The notes beneath the pieces were generated by a model, which saw only the letters and a list, made by a program, of their open reading frames with translations, did no database searches and was not told where the DNA came from. Below are positions 14,734 to 24,049 of a stretch of 64,000 nucleotides of DNA, one piece after another. The stretch is from Bigelowiella natans CCMP2755 (Eukaryota > Protista > Cercozoa). Every line of letters begins with the position of its first letter. Within the stretch, counting starts at the first letter, position 1. The stretch is taken from NCBI GenBank assembly GCA_000320545.1, contig ADNK01001335.1, positions 13,846 through 77,845 of the forward strand, given 5' to 3'. Both the position numbers and the translations under genes were made by a program.

Positions 14734-15670
14734 TCGCAATTTAGTTTTTGCTTAGTGATTGGTTACTTGGCTCTCTAATCGAAGATCGCCACATTCGCAG
14801 TCGAGCGCCTGTTAAAGTAAGAAGAAAACCTACTGAGCTCGAGAGAAGTGCGTGGAACGCATCATTACAGCAATTTCAGGTACTCATAAACCTGTTGGTA
14901 GAACGTCAATGCATCGTTCCACCTGCGTTTCCCAGCTTTGTAGCACTGATGCATGCAACAACACAGAATGAGTAACTTCGCATGAAAGCCTCTGCCGACA
15001 ATGTCACTTTATCTCTCTATACAATATCAATAAATTACAACACATTGTTACTGCTACATCGTTTCCATTCTGCTTGCAATTTTTGGCCTTCTCTTTGGGA
15101 TCCTGGCCAGCTTCGATAGCCTAAGAATTGTGTTTTATACGATACGACCAAGGTTGATTCGGCTTTTACAAAGATGATCACCAGCAATTACCATTTCGAA
15201 CAACAATATATGTCAATACCTCAATCATTTTCCATGCGTCTCCTTGATCTTCCTTTCGAGGTCTTACCTGTCAGTGTTTCGTATCATTACCGTGTAGATA
15301 ACCAATGCTGCACGAACTTTACCTTGGCGAAAAGAGGAATCTGGTTCAAATACTTATCAATCTCGTCAGGATCATCAGGAAATCTTTTCCTATGAGGTAA
15401 CATATATGAATTTGGTGAGGGACAAATCCATCTGCTGCAGAATTAAAGTTTTGTGCCAGCCCTTGCTGTTTCATATTAGATTAGAGCTGATTACGGGTCT
15501 CTCGACGGTGGAATTCCCATTGATACCCTCTCCAGATCATCTTTGATTTTTTCAGCTTCCTCTTTCGAAACCTTTTTCGATTCTTTGATTTTTTCAGCTT
15601 CCTCTTTCGAAACCTTTTTCGATTCTTTCACTCCAGATTCCTTCGCGGGAGGTGCCGGTGTTGTCGACAT
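13570..15670 (-). CDS. TTC4: Cns1/TTC4 family TPR co-chaperone of Hsp90/Hsp70, multi-exon
   Basis: TPR exons (CYKAGKRRWNDALTFYQQ; VYSNRALIHHHRQNYGRAIDDCK; EALKLNHKNSKAYCRAGQASEAL) plus wheel-domain motif LHWPVVFMYPEFYVTDFVQD; last exon VVVGGVPTFMILSK...TVV*. Confidence 0.85.
15540..15628 (-). repeat. 42-bp in-frame tandem duplication in TTC4 exon 1
   Basis: KESKKVSKEEAEKI is encoded twice by identical 42-bp units. Confidence 0.9.
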
Positions 15671-16722
15671 CCGTAGGTGACGATGGGGCGGAGAAAGGTG
15701 AAATTTCGTTATTGAATTCTGGTTGACGACATGCAATATTCGTTGTCTCCCAGTGAAAACTTAATCCAAATTTATTTTACGAGGTACTAATCCATAGCAC
15801 GATGACGACTTCAGATTATCGAAGTTTCTTATAGATTTATCGAACCCAGCGGATAATTCCCAGAAATAGGTGTGGGGGTACGTGGCAAGTAGGTAAACCG
15901 CCTTCCGCTTACTTCCGAGGCAAGTTTTTGACGTAGAATTAGGTAAAACAACCAAAAAAACACCTTATTTGCTGGCAGAGCTTTGATTTAAATGCGAATT
16001 TGGGGAATACGTTAATAAAATTGTTGTCGGAAATGTACGATGTGTCTATTTTCTTGTGATAATGTATTTTTGATCCCAGGCTTGATTTTGGAAGAGAGAC
16101 ATAAAAATATTATTGACGCAAGAAAATATTTATTGAGTCATAAAATCGTTTGTCACTTGAACATTCCTCCCCCTTACTTTGGATGTGAAACACGGGTTGG
16201 GAGTTTTGGCGCTTATAACAACTTGAATCATTATTCTCGGTAAAACGTACCGAATAGTAAATCATAACTTCGTGCTTTGGAACAAAGGTCAGGTCAACAA
16301 ATAACTGAATGGTGTCGTTTCGCAGTCAGAAGTTCACATTTTTTTTAACTTGCATCATGTGTCCAAAACCATAGTTTTCTCTTGCTGATGGCATTAAAAA
16401 AATCTCTTTAGAAATGTAAAAGGAAAACATAGTGAAAGTAAAACTTTGTAGGATGAGGAAATGTAATTATTTATTATCCAGTCTCAACGAGAAGGCTTTG
16501 TCTTGCAGCTACTCAGCATCGACAAATACACTCCTAGTCTAAGGAGGTCTTCGTAATCGTGCCTCTGATCCCGAGGAGTGCAACAGGTGCTTTTAAGAAG
16601 ATCTGTGTGTGCAAATAATCTTAGCTTGCAATTTTAATTAGGAAATCTAAGAGGAGGTTGCACAAGATTTTTGGCAAGATTAGCGACCGTTTGCCTAATT
16701 CCTTAAATAGAGGCATAAGGGA

Positions 16723-17405
16723 ATGACAGGAGGCATGATATCGCAATACGTTTCCACGCCGTCTCTAATTATTTACAAGGACCAGCGGTACCTCATTATG
16801 GACGCTCCCACAGATGCTAACTTAGACGAGTACCTAAAGGTAATAAATATAATTATCTAGATGCTGAGTAGCGTAGTGGGTTTGAAGGATTACTAGAGAG
16901 GACAAGGGTAAATCTATGAGAAACACTGAAAATATTGATTTTAACCATTGAAGGAGTTGAAAAACGAGAACGTAACGGTTCTCGTTCGAACCTGCGAGCC
17001 TTCATACTCGGTGGAAAAGCTTACACGGGCAGGAATCACAGTCAAAGTAATTATATGATTGATGCATATAGTTTTGCTCTAAGAATCAATTTAATAACTT
17101 AGGAATTGCCCTTTTCTGATGGGGCGCCACCGCCCACTGAAGTTGTGAACAAATGGCTTGGGATTGTAAAGGACGTTTTTGAGAAAAAAGGCGAGAAAGC
17201 AACCATTGCCATCCATTGCGTTGCTGGGCTCGGAAGAGCACCTGTTTGCGTTGCAATAGGACTGATTGAAAGAGGAATGGATCCTGAACTTGCTATCCAA
17301 GAGATTCGTAACAAACGTAGAGGCGCAATCAATCGGCGCCAAGCAAAGTTCCTATTCGATTATAAGCCCAAAAATCTGGCTCAAGGCTGCTGTGCTGTCA
17401 TGTAG
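16723..17405 (+). CDS. PTP4A: PRL/PTP4A-family prenylated protein tyrosine phosphatase (exons 16723-16839, 16954-17046, 17103-17405)
   Basis: YLIMDAPTDANL, VLVRTCEPSY, FSDGAPPP, catalytic HCVAGLGRAPV, RRGAIN and C-terminal CCAVM CaaX box; phase-0 GT-AG introns. Confidence 0.95.
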
Positions 17406-17970
17406 TGTGAAGTAATCAGAAGGTAGCAAGTTGCACATAGGGTTCACCAAGAGGAGTATGTCATCAGAAGAGTATTCTCCAATAAGGAGAAAATATACTG
17501 TTGTGGGAGTCGCTGATTTTTGCAGGTGATCTTCTAGGCCTTGGGCATGGGGCATTGACGACTTTTTGATTATTTATATATTCATTCAATTTTGGTCTAA
17601 TTAATGTTGCGGCAACCGATGATTATAATCAAATGCATCACCACCGTTCTTGGCTGACGCAGCGTTTATTACATGCGCATAGCGACCCCTAGGACCGCAC
17701 AATATATATGTATATATATACATATATACAGGGGGGTTCCACAATTTGGTGCGGATTCTGACTTTTTTCTGAGAAATTTTGTGCAGTCTCAGGCGGTGGC
17801 GCTTGCGCCGCGCGAGCAACGTGACAAGCAACATGGAGCCCCATGAGGCTGCACAGCGCGTAGTTGGGATGCACACTTTGTTCAATTCTGTGTCAGGTGT
17901 TGGTGACACACATCTTCTAGATTTGTTTGCCCACATCTGTTCACATCCGCACACTTTGCCCACAATCGTG

Positions 17971-19925
17971 TCATTCGTAATCGGTGCTGCTGCTGTCACT
18001 GCTAGCAAGCTCATCGCCAACCTCACGCACTGCTGCGTCAATCGCGTGGTCTCTTTCCGACAATTTCATGAGCTTGTTCTTCATCGTCATTGCCATGATC
18101 TTGTGAAGTTTTTTCCGCTTGCGAGCCTTTCGTTTCATCTTGCGGTGCACCTGTTTGCGCAACTGCTGCCTGGTCTGTGGATGCCCTCCGCTGCAACAGC
18201 ACCTGATGCAGCGACCGCATCCGATGCAGCGCTTGCAGTTCTTGTGACAGCTCAGACCACACGTCCCTGTGTGGCAGACCTGCTGCGGCGGCGGGGCATC
18301 TGTGCTGTCGTCCGATCCACACTCAAAGCCATCAACATCGTGTGCAGCGCTTTTGCCGCCTCGACGGGCATTTTTCTCACCGCGAGCATTGGGCCCCGCC
18401 TTGCTGACCTGTGTTGCCTTCGATGTGCCCAGCTTGGGCGCTGGGACGCTCTGCTCAGTCGCGTTTTCTGCAGATTGCGTCGATTGTGCCTCCATGGCTG
18501 CCACTCGCGCCAGCAGTTGCTTCACCATGCGCCCACTTTCAGCACAACGCTCGTTCGCTGCTGCCAGCTTCCTCTCGCACTCCGCCTTGATGCGCGCGGC
18601 GCTTTCGTGCTCATCATCCTCACTCTCAGTGATGTCGCATGCCGATTCCGACTTTCGGCTCGCCGCAGCTGCTGATGCCCCGCCACGCCGTGCAGCCCTT
18701 CCTTTTTTTGACCTCCTTGTGTTGCGTCCTCCGCCATTCCTCCTCTTCTTGTTCTTCTTCTCTGACGGCTGGTGGACCACCAAAATTGGATCATTCTCGC
18801 TGTCGCCCTCGCTAGGCACGCTTTCCACCTTCTTTGTCGCGTCCTGACTGGTGGCTGCTGCGTCCGGCTTGCGCAGCTCGTCCACCCAATTTCTCAGGGC
18901 GTCGTCCACAACACTCAGGCAGCTGCCAGACACAAATGCGGGGGGCTGGTTGCTGTGACCTTCGAAACTGGCGCCAGTTTCCTGAGACTCCCATCCAGAG
19001 ACAGCATGGCAACTTGCAGGTGGGCACTGGACCTGAACGTCTTTTTTCGATCCATGAGAATTGATCCCATCACCCACTTGTTTCTGATGTCGCCCTCCTT
19101 CGCCATCATTGCCTTGGTCGGCTTCTCAAAGGTTGCGAGTTGGCATCTTGACACAGAGACAGCGTTCTCTGCGTGTGCCACGCCGGCAAACAGAACGCAC
19201 TTCCCCACTGACCACCCGCCATTGCCATCGTGCAACCGAATCGTGCGGCTTCTTCTGGCACACGAATTGCAGTGTGCCAGCACTTTGCCTTCGTGGTCAC
19301 GCAGAGAGTCTGGAAGATTGTGGCTCCGCCTCCTTGCTGCGCAGACACGGTGATGAATGATGATGAACAATGAACAATGAACAATGAACAAAACATGGTC
19401 ACACACATCACGTGTGTGCACATGTGCACACGTGTGCACACGTGCATGTGCGCATTGCACACCTTGACTTCCCACAGCCGGCGCCGACTCATCATTGCTG
19501 ATCTTCTCATGCCCCTCGAGCCACATTTCAGCGCCTTCGATGTTTCCGATTGAGCAGTCGATGAGCGATTCGTCCAGTTGAAGCTCCTTCGTCACCTCGA
19601 CAGGTGCTTTTTTCATCTCATCATCCGGAAACAGCCAGCGAATTGCCTCAGGTTGCCTGCCATTTCCATCGTCTTCAATGAACTGCTGCATCGAAACATT
19701 GCCCCACTTGAGCCCAAGTCCTGCCTGGGTGAGGCTTTTCGTCGCCACTGTTGCCTCGAATGGATTCTCTCGGACCGGCTCTCCCAAAAACTCAGACCCG
19801 AAGGCCGTGAGTTCATTCGAAATGCGCAATCCAGCCCCGATGATGCGCCCGGTGTCCTCTTTCAGCAGCACAGGGATGAAGTTGTCGCCCACAATCTCAT
19901 CATCAAAACAGATTCCCGCGGACAT
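17971..19925 (-). pseudogene. Second, divergently oriented gene of the element (unknown product; Cys-rich and acidic/basic C-terminal part), TpA-hypermutated
   Basis: Overlapping protein-like frames 18915-19925 (MSAGICFDDEIVGDNFIPVLL...) and 17971-19077 (with C..C-rich CHTGTCGLSCHKNCKRCIGCGRCIRCCC); an intron-like mutated microsatellite at ~19340-19462. Confidence 0.45.
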
Positions 19926-20030
19926 TGGCCACGATTTTTCCCGCGCTTTTCGCGGCTGAAGCCGGCTTTTGTCTGCCCAAGCAACAAGTGCAACAACTTC
20001 TGCTCAATGTTGCCAAATGCACTTTGTGGT

Positions 20031-20190
20031 TTTGGACACAATCCATCAACAGTGAAGTCGCAGGAAAATGATCGCAGTCAGAACAGTCTTGCGACCCTGC
20101 GAACACAGTTTCCACATGCAATCCATCCACAGCAGAGTCGCAGGATGACAATCGCAGTCAGAACAGTCTTGCGACCCTGCGAACACACTC
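20031..20190 (+). repeat. 80-bp-period direct repeat (2 copies) in the element's intergenic region
   Basis: ATCGCAGTCAGAACAGTCTTGCGACCCTGCGAACACA is identical at 20071 and 20151; flanking parts align with TG/CA swaps. Confidence 0.9.
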
Positions 20191-20622
20191 ACAAACACCT
20201 GTTCGACCCCTTTCGTCTGCCACGGAGTGTCCACCCTGTGCCGCAAATTGAGGGACCAACACGAGGTGCCCAAAAAATCAAGGGGGGGAACCCCCCTCTT
20301 GGAGGGGGGTTCCCCCAAGCCTTGAACCCAAATGCTGATCTGCTCGCATTGGTGATTTGGGTCAAATCTCGCTTCCCAACCCCGCTCGAGTGGTGCAGGA
20401 CAATCACCATCAGCTGTGCGAGTGGCCACCTTGCTCCACAAAGGGAGTGCGACGGAGTTGCAAAAAAAGTTGAGGGGGGAACCCCCCTCCAAGAGGGGGA
20501 AACGCGCCCATTGGTGATTCACCAATCTCGCTTCCCAACCAAACCCGCTCGACAAGGGGCGTGGGCTCTCTGACACTGACGCGAATTCCAAGCCTCCGTT
20601 CAGGCTGATCTGACTCGAACAC

Positions 20623-23406
20623 GTGCACAGGATGAGCGCATCGTGCTGGTGGGGCGCGGAGATTCCACGGCGCGGTCGTGATGTCGATGATCGACCTGCT
20701 CCAGGGAGCTGGTGGGGAGGCGTGAAGCATCTAGCTGATGCCAGGAAAAAGGATCCTCTCCCAAGCGACGTTGAAGTGCTCGAGGCGGTGTCAGAGCCTG
20801 TGGGCAGCTGGTGGGGAATGGGGGGGGGTGGTGATGGCACGGCCAGTGGCAATGCATCCTTGGTCAGCACACGTGTGCATGCGCATGGACTCGCAATGCA
20901 GCATGTGCAATCATGTGTGTGCATGCATGTGCACACACGTGCAGGTGCGTGTTCATCATCTTCAACGCCGCTCGTCGAGACGCCAGCTGACGACGACAGC
21001 AAATGGCAGTGCGACAGGTGCGGGCCAGAGTTTGTGACAAGGAGCGGGTTCACGCGTCATCCTCGGAATGGCCCTTTGTGCACCGAGCGGAGGACTGGAA
21101 AAAAAGCACATGAACGAACCAGAACTCGCCTCAATGGGCAACAGACACTCAAAGTGGCGCGCGTGTTCGTGCAGAGAGTGTCTGAAGGCTTGACCCAGCA
21201 CGAAGCTGCCCTTGCGGTGGGGCATCGATCATCACAGTGCACAAAGTGGATGCAACAGCACGGATTGGGTTGGCGGCCGAGCGAGAACACGTGTCTCCAG
21301 CCGCTCTGGAAGCGGCTGGGCCGCACTCATCGAACACCTGCGACAAAAACAAAAAACCTTCGTGGCGGCGCTGGGCGGCCATTGGGAGAGCCCCTGTCCT
21401 CCCACGGAGCCGTCCTCCTCTCCGCAGACAGTGAGGTGAAGGCCTGGCCCTCAAAATGCAGCACACGACTGGTGCTCGACCAGTTCGAGCACACTCTTGC
21501 GACTCAATGCGGCTTCCTTTGGCACGGCGCAACCCACGAACAAAAGATTGCCAAGGTGAGGCGACATGTGTGTGGCCCAGAGAATCCGTCCAGCTCGATC
21601 GAAGGAAAAGTTGTGTCAAACGAGATGCAGCGCTTGCCACGCGTTGCAACTGCCGCACATCTTCAACAAGAGGCGGTGAAACGTGCAGCGAGAGAAGCTG
21701 GCACAACATCCTGGCGGGATGGACTGGATGGAGTGGCCGCAGTGGATGAGTGCGTGATTGATCAATCGGGCTCTGTGAGGAGAGAGAATTCCGCTTGCAC
21801 GCGGGGGAAATTCGTGTTCTGGACTTGCATGACAGGCGGCTCGGGAGGACAAACCGTTTTCGTGATCTTGGTGCCAACGCAAAACAAACGCTTGCAATGG
21901 ACACACGAGCAGATTCACGAGGGAGCAATGCTCCACTGCACCGATTGCAGATTCGTGAACACCAAGATTCACAGTCGATTCATGCTGCACTTTTGCCCAG
22001 TCACAGAGCGGAAGGAAATTTTGCTGCATGACAAGGCGTCGTGTCATTCGTCGAAGCTGATTGAGTTGATGACAAGATCAACTGGACGCGCACCGGTGTG
22101 CCCTGACATTGGAGGTGCAACAGCCTGCGCTGCGCCACCAGATGGACCCAAAGCACATGGAGCTTTGAAGAAAAAATCGACATCTCATTTTTGCAATTTT
22201 TTTGCGAAACTCTTCCGCGAGGCGAAAGCCAGGGGTGAGGAGCATTCGCAACTTCCAACCATGACCGCGCAGAACTTGGCGGACTTCCTGAGCTCAATGA
22301 TCAACAGAGAATGCACTCCGAGAGTGACGAGAGACGCAACATTGTCATGCATGCCGATCACAAACCACCGCGTTGACTGTGACACTCGCCACAAAAATTT
22401 GCGTGAGCTTGTGGATGTCACACACAGGGAAGCGGTGGAGAACAAGACTGCGCTCGAAATCAAGGTGAAAAGGCACACGTGCAGCAGATGTGGACAACAG
22501 CACTGCTCTCCGGCCAGCATTGCCGCCAGGCAGCACGAGAATGAGGCATTGGGTGAGTGCCACATGCTTTTGAAGAGAATGCCTGTCCCGTCTTCTCGGT
22601 TGGGAGTGACAATGGTCCCGCCATTCAAGGTTGTGTGGTGGGAGAAAACCGACGACGAGAGGAATGGCGAGCTGGCACGCAGATCAGCAGTGCATCAGAG
22701 AGAGCTGAAAACAAGGCCGGGTCATTGGCGCGTGAAGCACGAGGGCGAGGCAAAGTTCCACACACGCAAATGGACGTGCAAATTGAGGCCACCAATCACG
22801 TTTGAAATCATCTCCGAGGATGACAACAGCAGCAGCGCACACAGTGACGACTCCTCAGACGCACCACCAGCTCCACCGCGACCTGCAGCAGAGCTCGAAG
22901 CCGGCAGCAGCAGCGATGGCGACAGCAGCGACGAGCCACTGGTGGCTAGAGGCAGGGGCAGGCTAGCAGCAGGAAGACGCATCGCAATTTCCAGCAGTGA
23001 CGACGAAGAGGGATCGGAAAGTGAGAGCAGTGCCCCTCCCGAGTGCACTGAAGATGAGCTAGACTGGGATTGGCCTTCCCCTGACAAGCTTCCAGACGGC
23101 GAGTTCTTGACCATTGAGGACGCTCGCGGCGCATCCACTTGGGTGTTGTGCGCTGCGAAGGAAGATGAAACGTGCGCTTGCGTGGCTGCGAAAGGCCGAA
23201 GAGTGCCAAACAATCCAAACGTGTCGAAGGAAACCGTGCTGAAATTGAGCGTGGACGTGAACCCTGCGTGCGCTAGAGCCACTTTGAGATCCAGGTTTGC
23301 TCGCAGCACGATGCTGGTCATCGTGTTCAGCAGAGCATGCTGGAGCAGCAAACTGACCAATCACCCTTGGATTGTGTGCACGTGCAAGAGCCCTGCATGC
23401 ATGTGA
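20623..23406 (+). pseudogene. Hypermutated pogo-like DD36D transposase with C2H2-like zinc fingers and HTH
   Basis: KWQCDRCG..F.TRSGFTRH (C2H2-like); HTH-like QTLKVARVF...EAALAVGHRSSQCTKW; AAVDE (first Asp); ILLHDKASCH (second Asp); GGATACAAPPDG (third Asp, 36 residues later, cf. pogo 'GG.T...QPLD'); second finger RHTCSRCGQQH. No Tyr in 927 codons. The ORF probably reads through a former intron. Confidence 0.75.
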
Positions 23407-23873
23407 CATGCATGGACTCTGCACGCAACACATGCATGCACACTCAGGCTCTTGGCGTGCGGAACCAATGGATGAAATGATTTGCAAAACCCATCACTCA
23501 TGCACAGATGACTTCAGGTGTTGGGTTGGTGTGATTCGAATTGCGGGTTCATGAGAAGCATTGAATGATGCATCCTTGTGTGCATGAGATGATGTGTGCA
23601 TTCTCAAAATTCATGTTGTGCATGCAAAAAACAAGAAGAATGCATGCCCGATCTAGAAAGAAAACATGCAAATGCAAAAAAAGCCAATTGTGTGTCATGC
23701 ACTGTCTGTCCATGTGAGTGCGTGCATCTCAGACATTGCGGACAATGCACATGCTTTGCGATGCTTAGGAGCATGTGAGTGCACTTTGTTCAATGTTTGC
23801 TTTGGCGGTACACGTGTGGAAAACGCACATGTCAAATTGGTGGGTACGTCTGCAGAAATTGCTTCCACATCGC

Positions 23874-23924
23874 AAATTTTTCTGAAAAATTTTTGCACAT
23901 CGCAAAAATTTTTCAGAAAAATTT
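23874..23924. repeat. Perfect 23-bp inverted repeat with 5-nt loop near the right end of the element
   Basis: AAATTTTTCTGAAAAATTTTTGC-ACATC-GCAAAAATTTTTCAGAAAAATTT. Confidence 0.95.
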
Positions 23925-24049
23925 TCCGCGTCTGCACTGTTCTGTAGATCACACATCGTATACATATCTACACACAGAATCAGGCTTCATAGCGCAGGGC
24001 GCACATTGCAATTATGCAGCGTATGGCTGTCATTAGAAATCGTGCAGCC

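Larger units (their letters stand above)
17729..23944. mobile_element. Pogo-like (IS630/Tc1/mariner superfamily) DNA transposon or composite, TpA-hypermutated; ends approximate
   Basis: Begins TA|CAGGGGGGTTCC right after a degenerate (TA)n tract and ends near ...CTG|TA (23942-23946). Contains a DDD transposase frame and an abrupt compositional shift (TpA almost absent). Terminal inverted repeats are not convincingly matched. Confidence 0.75.

Noticed and set aside
17779-23778. Dense stack of long overlapping ORFs on both strands
   Set aside because: By-product of TpA loss: TAA and most TAG stops are erased, so all six frames stay open. Only the transposase frame and the divergent frames look protein-like.
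17729-23944. CpG-methylation decay or classical RIP as the cause of the TG/CA excess
   Set aside because: CpG is abundant and conserved between repeat copies, and TpA (the product of RIP) is the missing dinucleotide.
17729-23944. Alternative genetic code or foreign GC-rich insert as the explanation for Tyr loss
   Set aside because: Depletion affects all frames and non-coding parts alike, AA/TT/AT remain common, and host genes use the standard code.
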